From the NCBI GenBank assembly GCA_951406725.2, contig OX597827.1, positions 17,794,001 to 17,858,000 on the forward strand: DNA of 64,000 bases, read 5' to 3'. This DNA comes from Octopus vulgaris (lineage: Eukaryota). The position numbers were made by a program, and so were the translations under genes. Within the stretch, counting starts at the first letter, position 1. Every line of letters starts with the position of its first letter. Shown here one piece after another: positions 1 to 13,589 of the stretch. Under the pieces are notes generated by a model that did no database searches, had not been told where the DNA came from, and worked only from the letters and a program-made list of their open reading frames with translations.

Positions 1-144
1 GAGAAAAAGAAAAGATGTTTTATAAACACATTCTACCAGTATACGAAGTTTAAAAGTGTTTAGTTAATGAGAAATTGTGTTGACATCTGCCGTTCAAAAG
101 GAAAATATCCAAACTCAGTAATCAAAAGGTCCTTTAAAGGCTCA

Positions 145-258
145 TAAGGGATGAAAGGCAAAGTCGACCTCGGCGGTGTTTGAACTCAGAATGTAAAAAC
201 GGACGAAATGCTGGTAAGGATTTTATCGGTGTGCTGACGATTCTGCCAGCTCGCTGCT
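145..258 (-). mobile_element. SINE family B fragment (tRNA-derived head plus central GCCGAGGTCGACTTTGCCTTTCATCC domain)
   Basis: Reverse complement matches the first ~110 nt of the full copy at 18542-18772. Confidence 0.8.
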
Positions 259-1050
259 TAAATCCACTTAAAATTACCTCCAGAAACAGAAGAGAAACAA
301 ATAACGGATAATCAAACCAACTGGAAATATGAAAAAAACAAAAAAATAAAATAAAACTCGAGAGTCATTGCCGAGATTAATTAAACGAAATTAACAGCCG
401 TTTTATGGTATATTTTACAGACATAAAACAACTCACCTTAGAATTTTTGTAGACACTGGAAGATTGCACACGTATGGTATAAATAATAGTTTATGAGCCA
501 TTAAGGGACCTTTTGATTACCGAGTTTAATTACAACTTACTTAATTACCACTTTATAGCATCTTTTAAAAACAATAAAAGTCTATTACTTTAGAATTTTT
601 ATAGATATTCAATGATTCTGGTTTGTAGTTTCTATATTATGGACCCGTCCGTAATGTAATCGTTGTTTGTGTCCTTATTCTTTACTTTACCTCTTCCCTT
701 TTCTCTTTTATCTAATTTCGGTCATTTAGACTGCGGTCATCCTGGGGCACCACCTTGAATAACTTTAGTCGAACGAATAGACCCTCACCCCACCAGGGCT
801 TATTTTCTTTAATTATAAGCCTGATATTTATTCCATTGATTCTCACTTTCCGAACCTCTAAGTAACGAGGACGGATATACACCAACACCGGTTGCCAAGC
901 GGTGATAGGGACAAATACACACACACACACGCACATATATACATGCACATATATATAAATATATATATATATTTTTTTTTTTTTAGGGAATATAAATTCC
1001 GGCATCACAGGGGTTCAAATTATTCTCAATGAGGAAATATATATTTTTTC

Positions 1051-1788
1051 TATTTAGACATAGTAGTCCCCTTCATCTCACCATATAAAAGAATTTTAAT
1101 TTAATTTAATGCTTACTACTCATTTCTCAGCTACACGTGTTTCTTGAGGTTCTTTTTTACGATATTTTTTACGACATTTCTTTTACGTTACCCTTAAGTT
1201 ATTTATACTTTGTAAATTTTTAATTTTTATCATTCGTATCATTTGTAAATTTTCTTTTTGCATTTTGTCCATCGTACTATAGTTTTTATTTGAAAATATT
1301 TATTTTTCATTGCTTTCAGTTTTATTCGAATATATTTATTTGTCATTGCCTTCATTATTATATCATCACAAGTATATATTTTATATTTATCCCTATTAAT
1401 TTTATATGAAAGTTTACAGGCATAAGTTACGTGAGAATTTAGTTTTTGTAAATTTTATTTTTTATTCGTATTTTTTATTTTTATTTGTTATTTTTTATTT
1501 GAATTAAATTAGGGCTTGCACAGTAAGGTCCGGCGATCCTATTTACACATACACATACTTATATGTTAAAATTAAAATATAGTATTTGGTATCAAACTAT
1601 GATAAAGTTATTTAGGGGCCTAATGATTAGGGTTACATTTTAATAAAGGTTCCTGTAAAACACTGCGTGCTTAAGGAACTGTAAAAGAACCTCAAGAAAC
1701 ACGTGTAGCTGAGAAATGAGTAGTAAGTATTAAATTAAATTAAAATTCTTTTATATGGTGTGATAATGGGGACTACTATCTCCAAATA
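1051..1788 (+). mobile_element. Non-coding Penelope-type fold-back element (inverted partial terminal repeat, AT-rich body, HHR-bearing terminal repeat)
   Basis: 1051-1160 is the reverse complement of 1681-1788. HHR motif at 1617-1710. The element ends in (TA)n. Confidence 0.65.
1617..1710 (+). ncRNA. Type I hammerhead ribozyme relic with extended stem II (G5A core mutation)
   Basis: GGC-CTAATGA-TTAGGGTT...GTTCCT...AGGAAC...AACCTCAA-GAAA-CACGTG-TA-GCT. Palindromic stem III and GUA cleavage triplet; core reads CTAATGA instead of CTGATGA. Confidence 0.6.
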
Positions 1789-1800
1789 ATATATATATAT

Positions 1801-1850
<50 letters not shown>

Positions 1851-2103
1851 CAGTTTCCGTCTACGAAATCCACTCACAAGGCTTTGGTCGGCTTGCAGTT
1901 ATATTGTTGTAGTAGAAGAACCATGTGGTTGGGAATCAGACTTCTTACTACACAGCCACTTCACCAAAATAGATCTATGGGAGCATAAAATAACAGGACC
2001 ATAATCACTTATCGGTTCGAGTTGATGAAGTACCTATAGGCATAGACATAATGGGCAAACAATCACTTTTTTAATCTAGAGCCCAGTCGGTGTTACTCTA
2101 AAT

Positions 2104-2753
2104 CACTGGTCCTTAACCAGGATCCATATGGCCCTCCGGGGTTCCATTTCAGATTTTACTGATAAAATTTATGTACAGTAAACTGGTCATACTTTAATGC
2201 ACAAAATATTTTAGCATTTTTTGTATACGTAATCTTTATATATAAAAGTGAAGTTGTGTGTCTGTCTCCTACGATTTAGATTCCTAACTACTCCCACATT
2301 TTGCGGTGCAGTGTAACCAAAAGCGGGTATCTTATAGTCGTGATTCATGTCGAGCCATTCTGGGTATTAGCGCGGGTCTACGATGAGTCTACGATTTTAA
2401 AAACCATTTACCATCATTTTTCCCATTTTCAATGCATTTTTTTGATATTATATAAGGGAAGTAACTCTCTAAAAATGTATTATTAAATCTCAGAACGTAA
2501 AAAGCTACAGTAACACCCCGCTTTGTGGTTAGCCATATTGAGATGGCTATTATACTTTACATCTCTAAAAATGCTTATATAGTTATTTCCCTTACAAACC
2601 CGTGCAACGCCGGGCGATACTGCTAGTTCCTAATAAAATTCAGTTATGAAAAATACGACAGGACGTTTTAAACATCGAATGGGTCTGAGGGTCTGCATGA
2701 CTGAAATGGGAATCAAAGAGGTCCATAGGTTAAAAAATATTTGAGAATGACTG
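2104..2753. mobile_element. Degenerate hAT-type MITE carrying a nested Helitron
   Basis: Ends CACTGGTCCTTAA...TTGAGAATGACTG resemble CAGTGGTTCTCAA TIRs. Flanking 8-mers CTCTAAAT / CTCTGAAG look like a decayed 8-bp TSD. Confidence 0.5.
2233..2626 (+). mobile_element. Non-autonomous Helitron
   Basis: Starts TC(TTTATATATAAAAG); ends with hairpin CCCGTGCAACGCCGGG then CTAG; inserted between A and T with no TSD. 3' end shared with 20253-20624. Confidence 0.85.
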
Positions 2754-2883
2754 CTCTGAAGAGAATAACTAATCCCTAAATTCCACAGGGATGCAGGAAT
2801 GGTTCATGTACCACGATGTAACAAAGGGCTTCACAAATAAAGAAAGAAAAGACCGCTGCTGTTGAGTACTTGCATACTTTATT

Positions 2884-3463
2884 TTCTACTCTAGGCGCAA
2901 GGCGCGACGTTTTGGGGCTGGGGCCAGTCGATTAGATCGACCTCAGTGCGCAACTGGTACTTAATTTATCGACCCCGAAAGGATGAAAGGCAAAGTCGAC
3001 CTCGGCGGAATTTGAACTCACAACGTAACGGCAGATGACATACCTATTTCTATTTCTTTACTACCCACAAGGGGCTAAACACAGAGAGGACAAACAGGGA
3101 CAGACAAACGGATTAAGTCGATTATATCGCTCCCAGTGCGTAACTGGTACTTAATTTATCGATCCCGAAAGGATGAAGGGCAAAGTCGACATCGGCGGAA
3201 TTTGAACTCAGAACGTAAGGGCAGACGAAATACCTATTTCTTTACTACCCACAAGGGACTAAACACAGAGGGGACAAACAAGGACGGACAAACGGATTAA
3301 GTTGATAACATCAACCCCAATGCGTAACTGGTACTTATTTAATCGATCCCGAAAGGATGAAAAGCAAAGTCGACCTCGGCGGAATTTGAACACAGAACGC
3401 AACGGCAGACGAAATACCGCTAAGTATTTCGCCCGGCGTGCTAACGTTTCTGCCAGCTCGCCG
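2884..3463 (-). mobile_element. SINE family B head-to-tail multimer (one head, three bodies)
   Basis: Three repeats of the GAAAGGATGAAAGGCAAAGTCGACCTCGGCGGAATTTGAACTC module; single tRNA-like head at ~3420-3463. Confidence 0.85.
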
Positions 3464-4322
3464 ACTTTACTTGTATATCTTCTGACAACACGATAGTTAT
3501 TAATGGAAGGATTCCATAGAGACATCTTCCAAGTACAAGACTAACAGGTCTGATAAAGAAAGTATAAGTCACGCACATGTAACCATTTCTTCCAATACCA
3601 GTTAAATACAAAAGATTTACGGACAATTGTTTCGAAATAAACACGTTGTATTTATGTTTATATCTATAATCATTGTCGTATTGAACTCTATCCAAACAGC
3701 AACCTTGAAACGCAGGGTTTGTTAAGAAAAGAAAGTCGCTAGCTGACATGTGCTTTGCAAATACATATTTTTTTATATATTACTGTATACAGAATAGTAA
3801 AAATATGTAAGACATCTCCAAGTTCAACATCTAATTCTTCATTGTCATGGTTATCCAAATTCTAGTGATGCAATTTCGTTTCTATTTAAAAAAAAAATAA
3901 AAACGATTCTTTTACGGTTGGAAAAAATTCATGTAATTGAAGAAGAGGGAAGGGGGCATTCAATGTACAAACATACATTCACATACATATACACCACACT
4001 CATAGATATATAGAAACATATATAGATATATACACATAAATAAGAGCGCATGCACACACAGGCACATATGGCACAAATACCTGTATTTTTATTATATATA
4101 TGTATACACAAACACACATATACATGTATATATATATATGTTTTGTGTTTGTGTGTGTGTATGTGTGTATGTATGTGTGTATGTGTGTGTGTATGTGTGT
4201 GGGGGGTGTATTCGCTATATTCTTCAGCAGTAGCCTCATTGGTTATTCTAAGAGTAAACCAATACCTCAATCATGAGTTTAGTGTTTACTGCTAGGAATG
4301 CTCACATGCTTACACAATGCAC

Positions 4323-4367
<45 letters not shown>

Positions 4368-5423
4368 TTCGTCTATAGATATTTGTGTGTAAATATCTAT
4401 ACACGAATCTATACATATCAATATGTTAGTGAAAGCAATATCTATACATATAGTTATATACATATATATACATATATGTGTGTGAATGTGCGTCTGAATG
4501 TATATATGCATGTATACACACATACACTCGCACGCGCACGGATACACACACACATATATATATATATGTATGTATGTATGGATAGATATATATGTACATC
4601 AAGTGCATTTAATAATATCGCCATTCACTCAATAAGAACATTGAAGAATTCCAAAACATAGCAGTCGTAAGAACCATCACAAAACACAACGGATGAGAAT
4701 TGGTTAGCACGTACAATGAACGCAAAGAAAAGCGAAAGTGAAAGTAGAGAAAATAAAAGAACCAAAGTAAGAAAGAGAAGATAAAGAAACGAAGAATAGA
4801 AGAACGAAAGAATTGGAAGAAAAATTCAAGAAAGGAATAAAATAAAGAAGAAATTATGGAAAAGTAATGAAAATAATAATGAATGCTATGGCAATGGCGT
4901 AGAATCTTAAGAATGATTATTTCGAATTTGTTGCCGTATTGTTGAGAGTTCTAATGGCATTGTGTAGCGAGGTATAGTGGTTTGATATAGTGTTAGTTAA
5001 AGAGGGGAGAAAACAACGAAATGAGGTGGTGTATATTCTTAACGCATATACACATGTGTGTGTGTGTGTTTGGATATATGTGTGTGTATACACACACAGA
5101 CACACAAGTATATATATATATGTGTGTATATATATGTATGTATATATGTGTGCATATATATATCTATTATATATATATATATGTATTATGTATGTATGTA
5201 TGTATGTATTATGTATGTATGCATGTATATATGTGGATATATGTGTGTATGTATATATATATATATATATATATATGATGTGAGTGTAAACATCGATACA
5301 TATACAAAATATTATGATTATATACGTAGTGTATGTATCTGACTGCGTGTACGTATACACACAAATACACACACACACACATACATACATATATATATAT
5401 ATATACATACATACATACATACA

Positions 5424-5459
<36 letters not shown>

Positions 5460-5470
5460 TATATATATGT

Positions 5471-5510
<40 letters not shown>

Positions 5511-6051
5511 GTATGTGTGTGTGTGTGTGTAAGTATGTATATTCATAATAGTGTGTTGCAGAAAGCTAAACAAGCATGGTAGAGATATTTACCGAGTAGT
5601 GCCTAGATAAATGACAACTTAAATACAACCCCTTCATCCAGGCAGGCGTTTCCGGTGTTGAAAGTAGACTATCAGAGCGATCCTCGTTGAGCAGTTGTGG
5701 AATTCAGAACGCTAATGTACACAAGTATGTTTACAAGGACTACAAAATATAAATAAAGATTACAAAATAAGCAAAAGAGTTATGCAATCGCCTTATCTTG
5801 ACAGCTGTTTCGGGTGAAGGATGACTTATGTCAAACCTTCATTATAAATAAGGTCGTAGGTGTATGAAATAACGCCAGCTCATGGGTCCGTGAGGTAAAT
5901 TCATGTCACCTATACTTACATTCATGATGCATATTATATACATATATAAACATTATACTCATACACACACATACGCATACGTACATACAGTTAAAGAACG
6001 TAATCATTTAAGAACTTTGATATTACAATTTTTAAGCAGAAGAATAATATA

Positions 6052-6460
6052 CTCTTTACTCTCTCTTTTACTCTTTTACTTGATTCAGTCATTTGACTGC
6101 GGCCATGCTGGAGCACCGCCTTTAGTCGAGCAAAACGACCCTGGGACTTATACTTTGTAAGCCCAGTACTTATTCTATCGGTCTCTTTTGCCAAACCGCT
6201 AAGTGACGGGGACGTAAACACACCAGCATCGGTTTTCAAGCAATGCTAGAGGGACAAACACAGACACACAGACATATACACACATATACATATATATATA
6301 CATATATACGACAGGCTTCTTTCAGTTTCCATCTACCAAATCCACTCACAAGGCTTTGGTCGGCCCGAGGCTATAGCAGAAGACACTTGCCCAAGGTGCC
6401 ACGCAGTGGGACTGAACCCGGAACCATGTGGTTGGTAAACAAGCTACTTACCACACAGCC
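6052..6460 (-). mobile_element. SINE family A (tRNA head, CORE-like CCTTGGGCAAGTG domain, internal microsatellite, CR1-like 3' tail)
   Basis: Near-identical to the other family A copies in the window. Confidence 0.9.
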
Positions 6461-6837
6461 AAATGATGCAAAATTTTTCGTAAGTCTGACATATTTATCT
6501 CCAGCGTGATGGTCATTACAAGAAGGAAACATCACATTTTCTTTTACGGACAGAATAAATAATATCCCCTTTCACTGAATGTAGTAAATATTAAGAAGAA
6601 AAGAAAATAGAAGCCATACAAATTGGAAGTAAACGCGGATTAGTTTCTACCTTAGTATATATGTTTATGCAATATAACATATGATTCTCAGCTAGGATGG
6701 TGTATCGAAGCAGTGATCGTCTTTCTATGCCATCAATATATAATTATATTACGCTAATGGACCGACATATACATATGTACATTTGTATATATGCGTGTGT
6801 TTGTTTGTGTGTGTGTGTACGTATGTGTGTATATATA

Positions 6838-6885
<48 letters not shown>

Positions 6886-8012
6886 CACACACACATATAT
6901 GTATACCTTACATACTACATACCTGTGTATATATATATATGTATATATAAACATGCGTACATATATGAGTATGTGTATATGTGTACGAACGTGCATATGT
7001 GTGTATGTATATATGCTTATATATATTTACCCCCACACATACATATATATATACCGTACATACTACATACGTATATATATATATATATATATATTTATAC
7101 ATGCGTACATATATGAGTATGTGTATATATCTACGAACGTACGTATGTGTGTATGTATATATGCTTGTATTTATTTCATGCATGTAGGTAGGTAGGTAGG
7201 TAGGTAGGTAGGTAGGTAGGTAGGTAGGTAGGTAGGTAGATAGGTAGGTAGGTAGGTAGGTTTCCCGGAAACTGTTATAATCAGAATGTCCTTGACCTAC
7301 TGTACAAAACGAAAGCAAATGGCTATTCACAATACTTTCATGATGAATACTGTACAATATGATTCTCTCTCCTTTTTACATTTATGGAATAGCAAATTTC
7401 GGATGTTTACCGATATCAAATCATTATATCTTCATTTTTTTAACGGAAAATTCATTTGAAAACCACGGACAATGAATATACAATAGAATTTTTATTAAAC
7501 ATTCCGATCATTATCTCTTCGAATATGTGATACACGTGAATATGATGAAATGAAAGAACCGCAATCACATTTAAATCGTGGCAGAATGTTGGTGATGGTG
7601 TGTAGACGTTGGCGACGATGTGTAGGAGTTGGTGTGACGGTGATGACGGTGGTGATGGTGATGGTGGTATGTGGACGACGTCGGCGATGCCGTCGACATG
7701 GTTATCGCAAAGAAATACTATCAATAAAGAAAGAATGAGTTCTTTGGGGATGGTAAATTGGTATTGGAAGAAATGATTGAGATATTGTACATGAATGCAC
7801 ATGAATTTGCTTCATCCCAAAAAAAAACAACAAAAACCTGGAGCGGAAGTGCGGATTAGCATCAGAATTTAGAGGCAAATGGCAAAATTATTTATGTGAT
7901 ATAATGGTGGAGTATTTCATTGCTAATCTAAGCAGGGCTGTCTGTTATGTTGCTTTGGTTCTGTACTGTAGGAGGTCAAGGAACTTCTTACGAATGCATT
8001 GTATTAGGCAAG

Positions 8013-8077
<65 letters not shown>

Positions 8078-8137
8078 CACTACTACTACTACTACTACTA
8101 GTTCCACTACTACTACTACTACCACCACTACTACTAC
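8013..8137. repeat. (CTA)n microsatellite
   Basis: Direct observation. Confidence 0.95.
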
Positions 8138-8564
8138 TTTACACACACAACTATGCATAAAATGAACACTAATATATATGTACATACACACACGTATATA
8201 TATGTATATATATATATTATACCCGCAAACATATAACATACAGATACACACACATACACACACACGCACACACTCATGTATGTATATATGTATATATGTA
8301 TGTATGTGTGTATGTACGTACGTACGTATGCATGTATGTATGTATGTATGTATGTACGTACGTACGTACGTACGTACGTATGTATGTACGTACGTACGTA
8401 TGTATGTATGTATGTATGCATGTATGTATGAGTAATATCTGGGTGTGTTTATGTATGTATCTACGATGAGAGTGAAAAGTATAGGAAAGAAAACGGATGG
8501 TACTCGTATATGCTCTCTATGACAAACTAACAGATACAGTTATTACTATTATTAGATGAAAAAG

Positions 8565-9410
8565 GCGACAAGCTACAGCATCGTGAACAGGCCGGGTAAA
8601 ATGCTTAGCAGTATTTCACCCGTCTTTACGTTCTGAATTCAAATTCCGCCGAGGTCGACTCTACTTTTCACATTTTCGGCATCTATCAAATAAGTACCAG
8701 TAAATCACTGGGATCGATATAATCGATTTAATCCCTTCACCCGAAATTTCTGGCCTTTTACCAAAATTTGAAATCATTATTATTGTTATACTAGATGAAA
8801 AAGGCGGTGAGTTGGAAGAATCGTTAAGCACGTCGAACAAAATGCTTAGCAGTATTTCGTCCGTCTTCACGTTTTGAGTTCAAATTCCGCCGAGGTCGAC
8901 TTTGCCTTTCATCCTTTTGGGGTTGACAAAATAAGTACCAGTAGACCACTCGAGTCGATATAATCGAATAGTCATCTCCACACAAATTTCAGGCCTTGTG
9001 CCTTTAGTAGAAAAGGATTATTATATGAGATGAAAAAGGCGGCAAGCTTGGCAGAATCGTTAGCGCGCTGCACAAAATGCTTAGCGGCATTTCGTCCGTC
9101 TTTACGTTCTGAGTTCAAATTCCCCGAAGGTCGACTTTACCTTTCATCTTTGTGGGATCAACAAAATAAGTACTAGTAGATCACTGGGGCCGATGTAATC
9201 GACTTAATCTCTCCCCCGAAATTTCTGGCCTTTGCCAAACTTTGAAACCATTATTCTAGCAGATTAAGTTCGAATGCTGTTGAGGTTAACATTGCCTTTC
9301 ATTCCTTCGGGGCCGATGAAGTAAATGTCAGTTTTGCTTTGGCGTTGATGTAATCAACAAGCCCCTCCACACAAATTTCAGGCCTTGTGCCTAGAGTACA
9401 AAAGATTATT
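8565..9410 (+). mobile_element. Tandem array of about four SINE family B copies
   Basis: Repeated AGATGAAAAAGGCGG head ... TTCAAATTCCGCCGAGGTCGAC ... AAATTTC(A/T)GGCCTT units of roughly 240 bp. Confidence 0.85.
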
Positions 9411-9413
9411 ATA

Positions 9414-10335
9414 TTGGGTCGTCCCACAAATAAGGCGGGTTTTTTTAATTGCATGAAATAAAAGTCGGAGGGGCGGGATAAACTACCTGCATCAACTTTC
9501 TATAAAAGCAGGTAGTAATTTTACTTTATCCTTATTCTTAGTGCAAGTTTTGAAGAGTGCAGTTCGATTTTAATATTTATATTTTCAAAGCTATAATGGA
9601 AGTTTCAAAGGAGCATATTCGGTATATTTTGCTTTATGAGTTCAATAAAGGCAACAACACAACGGACAGTGCGAGGAATATTAATGCTGTGTATGGCAAT
9701 CGGACACTAAGCATAAGCCAGTGTCAATGATTGTTCTAGAAATTCCGAACCGGAAAGTACAGCCTAGAAAACGAGCCTCGTCCTGGAAGATCTGTAGAGC
9801 TCGACGAGGACGTCTTGCAAACCCTGATGGAACAAAATCACATCGTAACTGTTGAGTAGCAAGCAGCGAAGCTTGGATTTGGTCATTCAACCATTCATCT
9901 ATACCTGCGTGCCATCGGGAAACGACTATCTTTGGTTTCAAGAAGAAATGTCTTCTTCCATCGGGAAAATGCTCGGTTACATAGAGCGAGGATGACATTC
10001 TAGAGGCTGGAGCAGTTGGAATGTGAAACGATGCCTCACTTATCATATTCACCGGACATTGCCCCATCTGATTATCATTTATTCCGTAGTCTTCAAAATC
10101 ATTTGGACGGAAAAAATATGAATTCTGTAGACGAGGTCAGAACAGTGATGGAAGAGTATTTTTCGTCACGGACAAGGGAATTTTGGAAGAGGGGCCTTGC
10201 AAGTCTACCAGATAGACGGAAGAGCATTATAGAACATGAAGGAGGGTATATTTTAGGTTAAAAAAGAACTTTATCTTAATTTTGAAAAATAATGGAAGTG
10301 TCAAAAAAACCCGCATTATTTATGGGATGACCCAA
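9414..10335 (+). mobile_element. Internally deleted mariner transposon
   Basis: TIRs TTGGGTCGTCCCACAAATAAGGCGGG / CCCGCATTATTTATGGGATGACCCAA; left TA flank present. Confidence 0.9.
9596..10261 (+). pseudogene. Mariner transposase pseudogene
   Basis: MEVSKEHIRYILLYEFNKG...PRPGR HTH region with stop codons, then a deletion, then the YSPDIAPSDYHLFRSLQNHL catalytic-domain motif. Confidence 0.9.
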
Positions 10336-11418
10336 TGCTAGATTGAGTTCAAATGCTGCCGAAGTCGATTTTGCATTTCATCATTTCGGGGTCGATAAAA
10401 TAAGTACCTACTGACCACTGGGTCGATCTAATTGACTTCCCCTCTCCTAAAAAATTACGGGTTATGTGCCAAAATTCGAAAGAATTACTGTCATTATGTT
10501 CTTCATCACAATCTTTATCTACAGCTTCTGATTCACAGTTGTCGCCGTCGCCATCAGCGTCGATATAATCGTTCACCACTACCACCGTCATCATCATCAT
10601 CAGCATCATCATCGGCGTTGTTGTCGTCGTCGTCGTCGTCGTCATCAACATCGTTATCATTATTATCGTTATCATCATCACCATCATCATCATCATCGTT
10701 GTGGTCATCGTCTCATTATCATCACCACCATCGTCGTCGTCGTCGTCGTCACCATCATCGCCAATATGTCCATGACCATCACCTTCTATCTTCTTTTTTG
10801 TTACTATCCTCCCCTCGTCTACCTCTCCAGTCGTGCCCCTCATCTATCTTCTTCACTTGAACGGAATTCATTACATTTAATCAATTGATTGATGTCCGTT
10901 TGTCTTTGTCATTAATTGTGGCCATTGTTCCACTTAATGGTCAAACACAAAGTACACCATTACTGTCACCATCACTACCACCACCACCACAAACACCAAC
11001 ACCACCACAACTACTACCAACACCTTGCATTCACCCTTACCATAAGCATCATCACAACTAGTTCTTCCACAATCACCAACACCAAGGTATCCCCACTTCC
11101 ACCATTCCCAGCTTCCCTACCACCACCATCACCACCAACATCACCATCATCACCATCACCAATATCGCCTTCACAATCGTCTTTACCACCACCAAAAAAA
11201 AACCAGCACCATCCCACCATCAATACAACTTCATCATCTTTACTACACTTTCTAATAGCAATACCACCATCATCAGTAACACCACCTTCACCACTACCAC
11301 TATCATCACCACCATCACCACCATCTCCATAAATACCATCATCCCTAACCCTCTCCTTCACCACCACCGCTGCCACCGCCATTGCAACCGTAACTATGCT
11401 AAAGGGTTATTATCTTAA

Positions 11419-11672
11419 CCCTTCAGCATTTAAGCCGGCCATATTCAACCCAAATATTCTACTGGTTCCATGCTTAGAGTGTAGTGTAAGTGTAATTACG
11501 TATGAGAGGCCGATCAGATCCGGCCTCTCATACCTAACCAGCAATGTCATTCTAGAAATATGCAATCACAGCGTCAAAATCTCGAAGCTACGAGATAAAA
11601 ACACGATTAATTCAAACCAATGTTAATAAATAAGCTTTACATTTCACCGAATAACCTGGAGGCTATGTGGGG
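11419..11672. mobile_element. piggyBac-like MITE (degenerate)
   Basis: TTAA|CCCTTCAGCA left end and ...GGGG|TTAC right end. An extra right-end copy TGCTAAAGGGTTA lies at ~11397-11409. Internal palindrome TATGAGAGGCCG...CGGCCTCTCATA. Confidence 0.5.
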
Positions 11673-11737
11673 TTACAAAAAAAAATAAAAGAAAGTAATA
11701 CTGAATATAATTATCGTCCTGTAGGCACTGAAGAAGA

Positions 11738-12065
11738 AGGAGCACTCCGTCGGTTGCGACGACGAGGGTCCCAGCTGATACGATCAACGGAACAGCTTGC
11801 TCTTGAAATTGATGTGCAAGTGGCTGAGTATTCGACAGACACGTGTACCCTTGACATAGTTCTCAAGGAGATTGAGCGTAACACAGTGAGTGACAAGGCT
11901 AGCCCTTTTGAAATACAGGTACTACTCATTTTTGCCAGCTGAGTGGACTGGAGCAATGTGGAGAATAAAGTGTCTTGCTCAAGGACACAACGCGTCGCCG
12001 GGAATCGAACTCACAGCTTTACAATCATGAGCCGAATGCCCTAACCACTAAGCCACGCGCCCTCC
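11738..12065 (-). mobile_element. SINE family D head with tail X
   Basis: Head GGAGGCGCGTGGCTTAGTGGTTAGGG with B-box GAGTTCGATTCC. Tail shared with 19425-19805, 22835-23150 and 42733-43030. Confidence 0.85.
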
Positions 12066-12255
12066 CTGTAGGCACTATACTTTATATAAAGATGGAGTAG
12101 TTAAAGATGTAGTGGTTCGATTATAGGTCTACTCAATCAGAGCTGATATATGATTAGTCAACAACAATAACAAGAGCAACTACTATACTCCAACATTTCA
12201 CTCTAATTACATTATACTCTCAACATGATATACCACTACCAACAACAATAACAGT

Positions 12256-12620
12256 GGAGGCGCAGTGGCCCAATGGTTAGGGCAGCGAACTCGCGGTCGG
12301 AGGATCGAGGTTTCGATTCCCAGACCGGGCGTTGTGTGTGTTTATTGAGCGAAAACACCTAAAGCTCCACGAGGCTCCAGCAGGGTGTGGTGGCAACCCC
12401 TGTTGTACTCTACTCTTTCACTCCAACTTTCTCTCACTCTTTCTTCCTGTTTCTTGTCCCCGACTTCCTACGCATCCGCTGAGCCTGGATGCGCATTCAT
12501 CCATCCGTCGATGCTCTCGGTGTCGGGGGTTAACCTGCTTTCTCTTCTGCGGGTCTTACGAATAGCAAAGGACCTCGTTTCGGACTTCTCCCATTTTGCG
12601 AGTTCTGGGACGAAGACCGT
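12256..12620 (+). mobile_element. SINE family C head with a distinct tail
   Basis: GGAGGCGCAGTGGCCCAATGGTTAGGGCAGCG...GGTTTCGATTCCCAGACCGGGCG; same head as 19425-19805 and 46305-46612. Confidence 0.8.
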
Positions 12621-12829
12621 TCGCTCAACAGCAACAGGAACAACAACATCACCGTCGTCAAAAATTCATCTGCACCACTGCTACCATCTCTTCATATTCT
12701 TTACTTTGTCTGCCACAAACCACCTCAACCACCTCTACGGGCAAGTCAACGAGAGAATATCTGCGCAAGAAATAGCAGTCGTGTCTCCAAAATTTATCTT
12801 AACATTCGAAAATAAAAGCTTATGAGTAT

Positions 12830-13345
12830 ACTTATTTCTACTCTAGGCACAGGGCGCGAAATTTTTTTTTGGGGGGTGGGGGGCAGTCGATTAGATCGAC
12901 CCCAGTACGCAATTGGTATTTAATTTATCGATGCCGAATGGATGAAAGGCAAAATTGACCTCGGCGGAATTTGAACTCAGAACGTAAAGATAGACGAAGC
13001 AGATGAATATGCTCTTTTTTATCTACTCTCGGCACAAGGTCCGAAATTTTTGGGGAGGTGAGACCAGTTGATTAGATTGACCCCAGTACGCAACTGGTAC
13101 TTAATTTATTGACCCCGAAAGGATGAAAGTCAAAGTCGACCTCGGCGGAATTTGAACTCAGAACATAAAGACAGACGAATCTTACGAATATACTTTTTTT
13201 TTACACTAGGCACAAGGCCTGAAATTTCAGGGAAGGGGGCCAGTCGATTAGATTGACCCCAGTACGCAACAAGTATTTAATTTATCGGCACTGAAAAGAT
13301 AAAAGGCAAAGTCGACCTCGGCGGAATTCGAACTCAGAACGTAAA
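12830..13345 (-). mobile_element. Tandem trimer of headless SINE family B bodies
   Basis: Three ~180-bp units, each CTAGGCACAAGG...GACCCCAGTACGCAA...GAACTCAGAAC. Confidence 0.85.
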
Positions 13346-13589
13346 GCCATACGATGCTTATGAATATACGGAATAATTGAATACTCTAATTCTCCACTAG
13401 TTGTAAGAGGATAGAAAGAAAACAGCTCAGTCACGGATGGAACACGAAAGAGGCGGCAAAATGTTTGGAAGTGAATTCTCAGCAAAATATTTATATATGA
13501 ACATGCAACAGAAAATGGCAACAACTCTCGTGGAAACAAATCTCAAGCAAAGAATAACAGATTCTGCAGCAGTCTTTATCGAGTTTCTT

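Larger units (their letters stand above)
705..1960 (-). mobile_element. SINE family A copy split at its internal (CA)/(TA) microsatellite by a fold-back insertion
   Basis: 3' half at ~705-960 and 5' half at ~1790-1960 match other family A copies such as 20937-21342. Confidence 0.75.

Noticed and set aside
3929-8435. Many ORFs rich in YI/HT/CV/T/V repeats (also at 23.6-25.4, 30-32, 35.9-38, 43-48 and 62-64 kb)
   Set aside because: They are translations of microsatellites that lack stop codons in some frames, with no protein signal.
8565-9410. Regularly spaced repeats resembling a CRISPR array
   Set aside because: The units are ~240-bp SINE copies with no unique spacers, in a eukaryotic context with no cas genes.
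12256-12330. tRNA gene
   Set aside because: It is a tRNA-like SINE head that continues into a SINE body and recurs in several copies; I could not form a proper cloverleaf.
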